Positions 8,116-17,001 of a stretch of 60,381 nt of DNA are shown in pieces; position 1 is the stretch's first letter, and each line of letters begins with the position of its first letter. The position numbers were made by a program, and so were the translations under genes. Origin of the DNA: a virus (Duplodnaviria; Caudoviricetes); IMG/VR virus record IMGVR_UViG_3300037235_000083, positions 1 to 60,381 of that record. One strand, 5' to 3'. Under the pieces are notes generated by a model. The model was not told the DNA's origin, searched no databases, and was given only the letters and a program-made list of their open reading frames with translations.

Positions 8116-8336
8116 TCGATCGCTTCAGCAGTAAAGAGGATCCGCCCAAGTGGGACGAGCCCGCATTCCGCGAAGGCTTCAAGGCGCGGTCCGACGGCCT
8201 GGGGCTGTCTCATTGCCCAAGCGTTGCGACCATAGGACCGTGGGCCTGGAAAAGCTGGCGCGCCGGCTGGAACGATGCGCACGCTGGGATCGCGGCCGAT
8301 GGCTTGGCAGATCAGATGCCGATTCGATCACCTTGA
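8112..8336 (+). CDS. RMF/CrpP-like small protein
   Basis: AFREGFKARSDG...CP...WRAGW follows the ribosome modulation factor pattern A..GY.A...G.....CP......W..GW. Confidence 0.6.
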   Translation: MIDRFSSKEDPPKWDEPAFREGFKARSDGLGLSHCPSVATIGPWAWKSWRAGWNDAHAGIAADGLADQMPIRSP

Positions 8337-8345
8337 AGGTGCTCG

Positions 8346-8657
8346 GTGGATGAGAATATCCGCAACCTTGCCGCCCAGCTCGCGCGTGATTTAACTGATG
8401 ACGGCAAACTGATCGAGGCCGGCTGGATGACCTATCGGTATTTGGTCATGCAAGCCGCCGCGCCGCAGGTTCAGATCGACGAATGCCGGATGGCGTTCTT
8501 TGCCGGCGCGCAACACCTATTTGGGTCGATTCTGGCGCTGGTAAGCCAAGGTGGCAGAGACGCCACGCCGAAGGATCTGGAGCGCATGTCGCAGATCGAC
8601 GCCGAGTTAAAAGCGTTCATCGCAGTTTTTTCGGCAAAGCACGGGCTGGGACTCTAA
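8346..8657 (+). CDS. conserved phage hypothetical protein
   Basis: QIDECRMAFFAGAQHLF motif. Confidence 0.7.
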   Translation: MDENIRNLAAQLARDLTDDGKLIEAGWMTYRYLVMQAAAPQVQIDECRMAFFAGAQHLFGSILALVSQGGRDATPKDLERMSQIDAELKAFIAVFSAKHGLGL

Positions 8658-8661
8658 AAAA

Positions 8662-8910
8662 GTGGCAGTCGGCCCCGGCAAATACGATGACCTGTGCACC
8701 CTGGTCATGGAGAAGACGAAAGCGCGCGCGGCGATCGTGATCGTCATCGGCGGAGAGCATGGCGAAGGTTTTTCGGTGCAGACCGGTGACTTGAGAGTGA
8801 TGGCGTTCTTGCCCGAAATAATCGAGCAGGTGGCCGCCAGTATTCGTTCAGATCGTCTGCGCGCACTGGTGGATGGATGGCGACCGGCACAAGGGGAGAG
8901 TGAACCATGA
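8662..8910 (+). CDS. hypothetical protein
   Basis: GPGKYDDLCT...IVIGG..G.GFSVQ. Confidence 0.65.
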   Translation: MAVGPGKYDDLCTLVMEKTKARAAIVIVIGGEHGEGFSVQTGDLRVMAFLPEIIEQVAASIRSDRLRALVDGWRPAQGESEP

Positions 8911-9170
8911 GCGTGAAACGTAAACCGAGGAAGACCGGAAGGACGAAGAAACTTGCAACGCTGGGACTGGACTTCACGGCGCGCGAGGCCATTGGCGTCG
9001 GTGATGGTACCGCGACTGAATTCCAGGTCGCCACAAACGGCAATGGCGCCAGGCCCTTCAGCATCAAGCTGGACGATGACGTCCGGGAAATCCTGGGCCA
9101 GCTCGGTGGCGGAAACATCAGCGAAGGGGTGCGGCGCGCGGCCGATATCGCCAAGCGCCTGAACTACTGA
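8907..9170 (+). CDS. RHH-like DNA-binding protein
   Basis: FSIKLDDDVREILGQLGGGNISEGVRRAA. Confidence 0.65.
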   Translation: MSVKRKPRKTGRTKKLATLGLDFTAREAIGVGDGTATEFQVATNGNGARPFSIKLDDDVREILGQLGGGNISEGVRRAADIAKRLNY

Positions 9171-9200
9171 TTTCAAAATGGTCGCGAAGCGCAAGCGCGC

Positions 9201-9273
9201 GCGGAGCGCGTATAAACCGGCGCGGTCTGCAAGCCGTTGGATAGCCGGTACGGGTTCGAATCCCGGTTCCGTT
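9201..9273 (+). tRNA. degenerate tRNA-Cys(GCA)-like element
   Basis: Acceptor GCGGAGC/GTTCCGT plus U discriminator; anticodon arm GCGGT-CTGCAA-GCCGT; T arm CGGG-TTCGAAT-CCCG; 73 nt, intergenic. D arm poor, anticodon loop only 6 nt, no CCA. Confidence 0.45.
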
Positions 9274-9311
9274 GCATCCCGGGTAGCGCCGGGCGCGACC
9301 TCCATTTTCCT

Positions 9312-9998
9312 ATGTACTTGACGCCCATCGAACGCAGCCGATTGCTGAAGGCCTGCCGGGTCCCGCCAGCTGTTCCGATGGGCGATTTTTATCCGTGGGT
9401 GCTAGATCGCGTGAAGCTCAACGGAGAGACCGCCGAACTGATATCGACAGGACCACCAACCAATGAGCAGGCGATCGCTAGGCTTATATGCTGCTGGGAC
9501 ACCTACGTGATCCTGGGCCGTTGGACCGAAGCGAAGATGCACCTGCCGCACGGCGATATCGTGATGCTCGATCATCAGATGGAACTGATGAAGCATTTGC
9601 CGATCCTGATACACGGCGCGGGCCGCGTGCTGGTCACCGGTCTGGGGCTGGGATGCGTGGTTCGGGGGTTGCTCACACGTGACCAGGTCGACCACATCGA
9701 CGTAATTGAGCTGGATCGCAAGATCGTGGACCGGATTGGGCCAGAGTTCGCCGGCAACGACCGGGTGACATTGCATCACGCCGATGCACTGACGTTTCCG
9801 CTGAACGGCCAGCGCTGGGACTTCGCCTGGCACGACCTGTGGGACGAGAGCCGGCCCCTGGCCATGTTGCACGCCGACGTGATGACTCGATTTTTCACAA
9901 AGGTCACTCGTCAAGGCGCATGGGAGCTACCCAGATGGGTCAAGCGCCGATGGGGCCGCAGCGAATGGCTGATGAATCGGCGAATAAAACTGCCGTGA
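9312..9998 (+). CDS. class I SAM-dependent methyltransferase / spermidine-synthase-like protein
   Basis: VLVTGLGLG, IDVIELD, HHADA, WDFAWHDLW. Confidence 0.8.
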   Translation: MYLTPIERSRLLKACRVPPAVPMGDFYPWVLDRVKLNGETAELISTGPPTNEQAIARLICCWDTYVILGRWTEAKMHLPHGDIVMLDHQMELMKHLPILIHGAGRVLVTGLGLGCVVRGLLTRDQVDHIDVIELDRKIVDRIGPEFAGNDRVTLHHADALTFPLNGQRWDFAWHDLWDESRPLAMLHADVMTRFFTKVTRQGAWELPRWVKRRWGRSEWLMNRRIKLP

Positions 9999-10189
9999 CG
10001 GAAACGCCGCCACCGTACAGTTTCGAAGCGTGGTTCGCGAAATACTGCGATGACTTCGATGTTGATGAGGATCCGGGCACGATTTCCGCGATGCGTGTTG
10101 CCTACGAAGCCGGGATGACGGCTTGCTGGGTGGCGATCGCGCAGTCCAAGAAAGAGTTGGACGAACTTCTCCGCACCAAAAAGCTATGA
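9995..10189 (+). CDS. hypothetical protein
   Basis: GTGA coupling; FEAWF...AYEAG. Confidence 0.55.
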   Translation: MTETPPPYSFEAWFAKYCDDFDVDEDPGTISAMRVAYEAGMTACWVAIAQSKKELDELLRTKKL

Positions 10190-10437
10190 ACCTGCCGACG
10201 CTTGAACTGCCGCCGTTACCGATCGGCATCGGCCACCTTTCTGAAGCGCAATGGAAGAATCTTGAAAAATGGGCACGCCTCGCCATCGAGCAGGACCGCG
10301 CACGGCGGATACGCGAGCCGGTCGCTTGGGTCCATGGCTTCGAGCATCGATTCAATAAAGAGGGCTTCCGGGCCACGGTTTCGTTCGTTCATCATGATCA
10401 TTGGACGGACGAATACTGGAAACCGCTCTACCTATGA
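10186..10437 (+). CDS. hypothetical protein
   Basis: ATGA coupling; LPPLP...EPVAW...PLY. Confidence 0.6.
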   Translation: MNLPTLELPPLPIGIGHLSEAQWKNLEKWARLAIEQDRARRIREPVAWVHGFEHRFNKEGFRATVSFVHHDHWTDEYWKPLYL

Positions 10438-11078
10438 GCGACCTGGCCGATCGCCAGCGCGCGCACTGGCCCGATGCCAAGGCGAAGGGCAATGCGAACA
10501 TCGAGCGCTACAACCTGGAACGCGGCGGCAGCGAAACACTAAATCCACTGGCCCTGTCGATTCAGAAGCCCGGCCAGACCAAGCAAAAGCGCCTCGCCAA
10601 GCTGATCGAGTTGGCCTCGAGGTTCAGCGACCAGCTGAAACCTTATTCAGCCTGCCGGCACAGTTGCTCGTACTGCTGCTACGTGGCGGTGCCGGTATCT
10701 GAATCGGAAGCTGAACTGCTGGCGCGCGCGTCAGGCCGAAAGCTTCAGAAGCCACTTCAGCCGGTTGACCGCGTCTACTGGTTGGCCGAACGTTCCTATG
10801 AGCACCCGTGCCCATTCTTAAAAGAGGGACGCTGTTCCGTGTACGCGGCGAGGCCGGTACCGTGCCGGACCTGCGTCAACATGGACGACACGCCGCTGCA
10901 ATGCGAGCTGGCCCAGGACTCGAACGCCAACGTGCCATACGCCAATGCGACCGTGATCTGGGCCTTGCACGCAATGGTCACCGGGGGTGAAATACAGGCG
11001 GACATCCGCGATTGGTTCCGGGCAGACGGCGATGGCGCGCCTGACATTGTTCAGAAATCAGAAAGCAAAGCCGAGTGA
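10434..11078 (+). CDS. YkgJ-family cysteine-cluster protein
   Basis: CRHSCSYCC ... CPFL...CSVYAARP..CR. Confidence 0.85.
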   Translation: MSDLADRQRAHWPDAKAKGNANIERYNLERGGSETLNPLALSIQKPGQTKQKRLAKLIELASRFSDQLKPYSACRHSCSYCCYVAVPVSESEAELLARASGRKLQKPLQPVDRVYWLAERSYEHPCPFLKEGRCSVYAARPVPCRTCVNMDDTPLQCELAQDSNANVPYANATVIWALHAMVTGGEIQADIRDWFRADGDGAPDIVQKSESKAE

Positions 11079-11562
11079 TGCCGACCTTGAGCGCGCACGC
11101 TATGTCGTGTTCGGGATGGTCGATGGTCTGGGCCAAGATGACAAGCGAGGGTGGCGGCATTTTTGGCGCCGGATTGCAAAGCTCGAGCCAGGCGAAATCC
11201 TCGAGTTCGAAACGCGCTTCCTGCGCAACGGCAAACACCATCGACTATTCTTCGCGATGATCACGGCCGTCTACGACTCGCAGGAACGGTTCACAGACTT
11301 CGAACAATTCCGCCATTGGCTGCTGATCAACGCCGGTCATGTCACCTGGGCAGCCGGCGCAAAAGGCGGAGTCGTACCGCTGGCCAAGTCGATCAGCTAT
11401 TCCAAGGCCGACGAAGAAGAATTCATCACCGTCCATGAAAAAGTCCTGGACTTTTTGCGGGGCAACGACTGCGCGCCGTTCCTCTGGCCTCACCTGAAAG
11501 GCCAAGACCCGTTCGACATGATGGAAGGCGTGCTTGATGGCTTCGAACGAAATCCCGACTGA
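11032..11562 (+). CDS. DUF1367-like phage protein
   Basis: RNGKHHRLFFA...FRHWL...AGH...KSISYSKADEEEF. Confidence 0.75.
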   Translation: MARLTLFRNQKAKPSDADLERARYVVFGMVDGLGQDDKRGWRHFWRRIAKLEPGEILEFETRFLRNGKHHRLFFAMITAVYDSQERFTDFEQFRHWLLINAGHVTWAAGAKGGVVPLAKSISYSKADEEEFITVHEKVLDFLRGNDCAPFLWPHLKGQDPFDMMEGVLDGFERNPD

Positions 11563-11788
11563 AGCCGACCGCGTCCTGTCGACCTGGACGATCTACCGCG
11601 ATCCGCTGGACTACCCCGGCAAGTGGGTGTTGCGTAGATGGGACGTGTTGCGCGGCGAACTGCGCCCACACGGCCAGGCGTGCGTTTGTTACAGCCTGGA
11701 CCACGCGCGGGCCGGCGTGCCCGAAGGCCTCGTGTGTATTCCGCGTGCTGAAGCCGATGATCCGGCCGTGTTCGAAACCTGGATTTGA
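11537..11788 (+). CDS. hypothetical protein
   Basis: WTIY.DP.DYPGKWV.R.W...R..DDP.V.ETW. Confidence 0.7.
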   Translation: MASNEIPTEADRVLSTWTIYRDPLDYPGKWVLRRWDVLRGELRPHGQACVCYSLDHARAGVPEGLVCIPRAEADDPAVFETWI

Positions 11789-11846
11789 AGGGGATCACTG
11801 GTACCAACTACCTGGAAGCATCTAATCCCCCCGGGTAACTCACCCC

Positions 11847-12218
11847 ATGAAACGTGAACCCACTGTACTAGAGCAGGCGTGGATGGCACTTGTGCAGAGC
11901 CTTGGGTGCGTCGTGTGCCGGAATCTTGGATGGGGTGCGACGCCGGCACAGATACATCACATACGCGAAGGGCAGGGCGGTGGTCAACGTGCCCCCCATA
12001 TGCTGGTCCTTCCGCTCTGCGAGCCGCACCACACTGGGGACCTCGGTATCCATAAAAATCGGCGCCTGTTCGAATTGCAGCATGGTTCAGAGCTATCCTT
12101 GCTCGCGCAAGTGATCAGCGAAGTGTTCAACAAGATGAGGGAGCGCTGGTCCCATTGGCGACAGGTGCCGGGCCATGCTCGAACAACAAGTCAGCGCAGC
12201 GAAGAACAGCAGCCATGA
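11847..12218 (+). CDS. Ref/DUF968-like HNH-type Zn nuclease
   Basis: GCVVC...AQIHH.R.GQG..QRA....LPLC..HH. Confidence 0.8.
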   Translation: MKREPTVLEQAWMALVQSLGCVVCRNLGWGATPAQIHHIREGQGGGQRAPHMLVLPLCEPHHTGDLGIHKNRRLFELQHGSELSLLAQVISEVFNKMRERWSHWRQVPGHARTTSQRSEEQQP

Positions 12219-12771
12219 AACCGACCGACTACATGCACAGATCCGGGCCTGGTCGTCATTAGCGCGACAGGCGCCCGAACCGATCTTCTCTAACGTTCGG
12301 GCGGCTTTGATGTTTTCATTTCGGCTGAGCGAGTCGACCATCCTCGCATTCAGCCAGTGCTACGCGGGCGCGCCGACCTTCGGGGCCCGCGTGATGCTCA
12401 CAAGCCAGGAATGGCATCAGCAGTCAGCGGCGATCCGCCGCATCATCGAAACGAATTTCCGCGGGATCGAGCTGGCCCTAGTGCTGGCGGACTACGCGGC
12501 TGGCCGGCACCGGATCGAGGGCGCGCGCATCTGCGCCGAACACTTAGCCTCGCACTCGAGCCGGCCGTTTCTGATCAAGCTGGGCACGCTGCGCTACTTC
12601 GGAGTTTCGGAAAAATCCGCGCGGGAAATTTCGCGCATTGCCTCGGTGCCACAGCGCACCGTGGAGCGCTACCTAGCGCGGGTGAGGGAAGACCTCGGTA
12701 GGCTCAGCGACAGCATCGCGCCGCGCCTGGAATCACTGCTGGTCGATACGCGGATCTGCTGCCGGCTCTGA
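12175..12771 (+). CDS. putative transcription regulator (late activator/antiterminator-like)
   Basis: C-terminal HTH SAREISRIASVPQRTVERY. Confidence 0.55.
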   Translation: MLEQQVSAAKNSSHETDRLHAQIRAWSSLARQAPEPIFSNVRAALMFSFRLSESTILAFSQCYAGAPTFGARVMLTSQEWHQQSAAIRRIIETNFRGIELALVLADYAAGRHRIEGARICAEHLASHSSRPFLIKLGTLRYFGVSEKSAREISRIASVPQRTVERYLARVREDLGRLSDSIAPRLESLLVDTRICCRL

Positions 12772-12957
12772 ACGAATCATCTTTACCAGCCAGCCCGTAA
12801 AGTCCGCGTGTATGTGGTCACGCGTCTGTTCGTTGACCGGCCAGCCGATATAACGCATTGCGATAGCTTCGAACGCACGATCGATTGCGATCATTTGCCG
12901 TCGCTTCGACATCGCACGGATCCGCCGCGCACTAAGCGTTCCGCCCCTACCGCCCAT
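12733..12957 (-). CDS. hypothetical protein
   Basis: Follows the small HTH gene on the minus strand. Confidence 0.4.
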   Translation of the reverse strand: MGGRGGTLSARRIRAMSKRRQMIAIDRAFEAIAMRYIGWPVNEQTRDHIHADFTGWLVKMIRSEPAADPRIDQQ

Positions 12958-13105
12958 TTTTCCGGCCAAGTATCACTCCCACCCGATTCCGGCTGAGCCC
13001 TTCGCGCCTGCCGATTTCGGCGTCCGGAACCCCAAGCGCCCGTAGTCGCGCCATTCGGCGTTTGCGCTCTCGGCGCTTTGCTTTCCCGTTGACAGATGTC
13101 ACCAT
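12947..13105 (-). CDS. small HTH regulator divergent from the recombination operon
   Basis: MARLRALGVPDAEIGRREGLSRNRVGVIL; 3' end of track ORF 12947-13720; start uncertain. Confidence 0.6.
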   Translation of the reverse strand: MVTSVNGKAKRRERKRRMARLRALGVPDAEIGRREGLSRNRVGVILGRKNGR

Positions 13106-13117
13106 ACTAGATACGAT
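13089..13117 (+). promoter_or_regulatory. sigma70 promoter for the recombination operon, with operator-like palindrome
   Basis: TTGACA-17 nt-TACGAT; TGACA-GA-TGTCA inverted repeat overlaps the -35 box. Confidence 0.75.
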
Positions 13118-13147
13118 TGTAATCACTTTAGCGAGGGAAAAGCAACC

Positions 13148-14269
13148 ATGGTGGCAATCGTCGGAAACGAAGTCACGGTGCGCGAGGAATTCGGCGCCAG
13201 TGAAACCAAGGGCGCGGAATCGACCCCGATGGGCATCGCCCTGGCCGCGCGCGCCAAGGCGACCGTCGAAGCCCGCTACATCGCGGCCTGGAATCGGCCG
13301 CGTAACTGGGATCAGGTGCGCACGGACATCCTGAAAGAATGCAAGCGTCCAGGGTTCGCTCACAACAAATCGGCGTTCTATAACAAGCCGATCGGCGACG
13401 GTGTCGAAGGCTTGGGAATCCGGTTCGTCGAAGTGGCGATCCGCTGCATTCGGAACCTGTCCTGCGAAACCGAAATGATCTTCCAGGATCAATTGCAGGA
13501 AGTGCATCAAGTCACGATCACGGACTTCGAGTCGAATGTGCCGTACGCGCTTCAGGTGGTCGTGCCGCGCACGGTCGAACGTGCGAAGCCCATGGATGAC
13601 GGGTCGTATCTGTCGGTACGGACCAACAGCCGCGGCAAAAAGACCTACACCGTGCCGGCGACGGAAGACGACATGCTGAACAAGCGCGGCGCGTATCTGT
13701 CGAAGGCGATCCGCACGCAAGGCTTGCGCCTCATCCCGGGCGACATACAGGATGAAGCCGAGGCGATCATCAAAGCGATCCGGCGTGACGAAGCGGCCAG
13801 GGATCCGAGTGCGACGCGCAAGGCGATCGTCGATTCATTCGCGGAAATCGGCGTGAGCGCGACCATGCTGGTCGAATACCTTGAACACCCGCTAGACCAG
13901 TGCAGCCCGGATGAAATGGTGCGCCTGCGCGGGATCTTCGGGGCGATCAGCGAAGGCGAAGCAAGCTGGGTACAGGTGATGGAAAACCGCGCGCTGGAGA
14001 AAGAAGGAAAAGAGATTCCGACTTGGGAGCCCGCGGAATTCGAAGCCGAACTGGTCAAGTGGACGCCAGTGCTGCAACAGCGCCAGCGATCCGCCCAGCA
14101 AGTCATCGCGATGGCCGAATCGAGGAAACCTCTGACCGAAGATCAGAAGAAGAAGATTCATGCCTTGCAGCCAGCCGCCCCGCCTACGCCCGCCCCGGCG
14201 GCCGATGCGCCCAAGCCGAAGGAATCGACCGAACAACCGAAGAAGAAGGATCCGAATGCGCCTGCTTGA
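13148..14269 (+). CDS. putative phage recombination (single-strand annealing) protein
   Basis: Directly upstream of the YqaJ exonuclease; A...PR.W....C.RP.FA..Y..P.G..VEGL.IRF. Function inferred from context. Confidence 0.65.
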   Translation: MVAIVGNEVTVREEFGASETKGAESTPMGIALAARAKATVEARYIAAWNRPRNWDQVRTDILKECKRPGFAHNKSAFYNKPIGDGVEGLGIRFVEVAIRCIRNLSCETEMIFQDQLQEVHQVTITDFESNVPYALQVVVPRTVERAKPMDDGSYLSVRTNSRGKKTYTVPATEDDMLNKRGAYLSKAIRTQGLRLIPGDIQDEAEAIIKAIRRDEAARDPSATRKAIVDSFAEIGVSATMLVEYLEHPLDQCSPDEMVRLRGIFGAISEGEASWVQVMENRALEKEGKEIPTWEPAEFEAELVKWTPVLQQRQRSAQQVIAMAESRKPLTEDQKKKIHALQPAAPPTPAPAADAPKPKESTEQPKKKDPNAPA

Positions 14270-15929
14270 GGTAGTTCAGGGCACGCCCGACTGGCACGTT
14301 GCGCGCGGCACGACGCACCGCACGGGTTCGGTCGCACCCGCAATGATGGGTGTATCGCTGCGAGTGAAGCGCACCGACCTGTTGCACATGACGGCCACGG
14401 GCAGTGAACAGGAATTCTCCGATTGGTTTCGCAAGAATGTGCTCGAGCACGGGCACGCGGTCGAACGACTGGCACGGCCGATCGCGGAGGAAATCCTTGG
14501 CGAAGCCTTGTATCCGGCCACGGTCACCGATGACGATGGTTATCTGCTGGCGAGCCTGGACGGCCTCATCATGGACGGCCGGATCACCTGGGAATGCAAG
14601 CAGTACAACCGGGAACTGTTCGCCGCGGTGCAGGCTGGAGAGTGCCCGCCGTACCACCGCTGGCAAGTCGCGCAAGGCCTGCACATCACCAGCGCCGAAA
14701 AGTGCCTTTTCATGTGCAGCGACGGTACGCGCGAGAACACGGTGTGGTGCTGGGTGAGCCTGCGCGAAGGCGAGGCCGCGGAACTTCTGGCCGGCTGGAA
14801 GCAGTTCGACGTCGATTTGGCCGCGTACACGCCGCCCGAAATCGTGCTCGAGCCGACGGGCACGTCAATTCAGCAACTACCCGCGCTGCTGATAACGGTC
14901 GAAGGGCGCGTGCTGACATCGAACCTGGCCGCCTTTCGCGACGCCGCGCATGACCTCATCGCCTCGATCCGCACCGATCTGCAAAACGATCAGGACTTCG
15001 CCGATGCCCGCAAGGCGGTCGTTTGGTGCAAGGATGGTGAAGACCGGCTCGAAGTCGTCAAGGGGCAGGCGCTTTCACAGACCTCCAGCATCGACGAACT
15101 GTTCCGAACCGTCGACGAAATCCGCAGCGATCTGCGCGACAAGCGCCTGTCGCTTGAAAGGCTGATCAAGGCGCGTAACGATCAGATCCGCTTCGTCATT
15201 GTCCAGAAGGGCAAGCAAGCGTTCGCCGAGCACGTGATCCAGATGAATGATCGATTGGCCAAGGTCGCCGCCGGTTGGTGGCCCAAGGGCGCTGCGGGCC
15301 CGAAGCTGGCCACCATCGAGGAAGACTTCGCGGGCTCGATCCGAAGCCTGAAGTCCATTGCCAGCATGCACGACCGTGTGAGCACGCATCTGGCGCATCA
15401 AACCATCAAGGTCGACCGCGCGGCCGATGCGATCCAGGCCAACATCGGCACGCTGCGGGAACTGGCGCCCGAACACGCGTTCCTGTTCACCGACGCGGCC
15501 CAGCTCGTGCTCAAAGCCAATTCTGACTTGGTGCTGGTCATCGAATCGCGCATGACGGCGCACCGGGAGCGGGTGCGGCAGGAAGAACTGGAGCGCGACC
15601 GGGCGGCAGCGGCGAAGCAGGCGGCCGCCGATGCGATCCAGGTCGCGGCCACCGCCGTCGCGTCCCCGCCGCCAGCAATAGAGTCGGTGACAAACACCGG
15701 CGCGCCGGGAGTCGGAGCGACGCTGCCAAGTGGCGCAGTTCTGCACTCCGGCGCGGTCGCAACAGTGGACTGGACAAACGTATCCCTGTGCGCCATTAAC
15801 ATTCAGCGTCCCCGGGGGCCGTTAGTCGCTTTCTTGGATGACACGCACCTTATCGTGGAATTTAGCCGTGCGCCAAGCGACGAAGAAGTGCTGGGCATCG
15901 TACGCACGGGTCAATTGCGGATTGCATGA
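14256..15929 (+). CDS. YqaJ-family (lambda-exonuclease-like) nuclease with coiled-coil extension
   Basis: QGTPDWH..R, GH..E..AR, LASLDGL, WECK, Y..WQV. Confidence 0.9.
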   Translation: MRLLEVVQGTPDWHVARGTTHRTGSVAPAMMGVSLRVKRTDLLHMTATGSEQEFSDWFRKNVLEHGHAVERLARPIAEEILGEALYPATVTDDDGYLLASLDGLIMDGRITWECKQYNRELFAAVQAGECPPYHRWQVAQGLHITSAEKCLFMCSDGTRENTVWCWVSLREGEAAELLAGWKQFDVDLAAYTPPEIVLEPTGTSIQQLPALLITVEGRVLTSNLAAFRDAAHDLIASIRTDLQNDQDFADARKAVVWCKDGEDRLEVVKGQALSQTSSIDELFRTVDEIRSDLRDKRLSLERLIKARNDQIRFVIVQKGKQAFAEHVIQMNDRLAKVAAGWWPKGAAGPKLATIEEDFAGSIRSLKSIASMHDRVSTHLAHQTIKVDRAADAIQANIGTLRELAPEHAFLFTDAAQLVLKANSDLVLVIESRMTAHRERVRQEELERDRAAAAKQAAADAIQVAATAVASPPPAIESVTNTGAPGVGATLPSGAVLHSGAVATVDWTNVSLCAINIQRPRGPLVAFLDDTHLIVEFSRAPSDEEVLGIVRTGQLRIA

Positions 15930-16171
15930 AAACGCGCCCTCTGCGCCGAGGCCGCCCTGTGAATGACTGGGTCGGCATGATCGTCGAAACGCGACGTGAA
16001 ATGCGCAACGGCATGCTGATCATTCCGGCCGGGACCAAATGCGAAGTCACTTACGCCCGCTCAGGCCTGACGCTGGAAGCCGATCCGTGCCCGCACTGCG
16101 GTGTCCAGATCCGCGTCACGCGAGTTGATTCGGCCGATGTTCTGGCACTAGAACGGAAGGCGGGGCCGTGA
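15926..16171 (+). CDS. small Zn-ribbon protein
   Basis: CPHCG; ATGA coupling. Confidence 0.65.
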   Translation: MKTRPLRRGRPVNDWVGMIVETRREMRNGMLIIPAGTKCEVTYARSGLTLEADPCPHCGVQIRVTRVDSADVLALERKAGP

Positions 16172-17001
16172 TCACTCTGAACGAAGCGCGGGCGTTGCTG
16201 AAGTACGTAGCCCCGCAACAGGAAGTGCCTGGACATTGCGTTCTGAACGAAACGCAACTCATCAATCTCATCGCCGTCGCCCGTGCCACGGATCAGCGCA
16301 CGGATCAGCAGCACGAAGCGATGGCGTTGCTGCCAAGATGCCGCAGCATTATCGAGAAGACGCTTTATTCTCGGACCGCGACGGGCGAAGAGTTACTTGG
16401 CGAAATCGATGCTGCGCTATCCGGCGCCTCAAAGTTCGAGGCACCCGACATCATCACACCAACGATGCCGCTCGATTGGCCTGTTCCGTGGTCCGCTGGG
16501 GGATCAGACAAAGCCAGGGAGCATCAGGAGCCTTTCGGGTTCTTCGACCCTGGCTCAACATCGGAGCAGGGCTTTTTATCGGTGCGTGATCGAAAGATTG
16601 AAACGTGGACCGATCCGCTGTATTACATAGCTCCCGACACCGCCGCGATGATCGCGGAGCGCGACGCAAAGATAAAGCGCCTTGAGGACGAGACGGCCGA
16701 CTGGTACCAGAGCGACAAGGCGTTACGCGATCGCATCGAAGCGCTCGAGGCCGAACGAGACAAACTGCTTGGGGGTGCCGGCTGGCTTGCGCAATTGGTG
16801 ACCGGCGAAGCAACCGCCCGGATCGCAGCCGAGCGCGCGCTGGCGGAGAAGATAGAACAGGCTGCTTTGATCTGCGACAAGATCGCCGAAATGCGTGAGC
16901 AAGGCGCTGGTCTTATCAACGGTCCTGGAAGCAGGTTACGGCAGGCAGCACGAATGATCCGCGAACTTGCGGTCGCGCCCGCACCGGGGAAGGTCGCGTG
17001 A
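16168..17001 (+). CDS. hypothetical coiled-coil protein
   Basis: Coupled ORF, 277 aa. Confidence 0.65.
   Translation: MITLNEARALLKYVAPQQEVPGHCVLNETQLINLIAVARATDQRTDQQHEAMALLPRCRSIIEKTLYSRTATGEELLGEIDAALSGASKFEAPDIITPTMPLDWPVPWSAGGSDKAREHQEPFGFFDPGSTSEQGFLSVRDRKIETWTDPLYYIAPDTAAMIAERDAKIKRLEDETADWYQSDKALRDRIEALEAERDKLLGGAGWLAQLVTGEATARIAAERALAEKIEQAALICDKIAEMREQGAGLINGPGSRLRQAARMIRELAVAPAPGKVA

Noticed and set aside
9237-9311. ORF-track N-terminal extension of the SAM-dependent methyltransferase
   Set aside because: It overlaps the tRNA-like element; ATG at 9312 is the more plausible start
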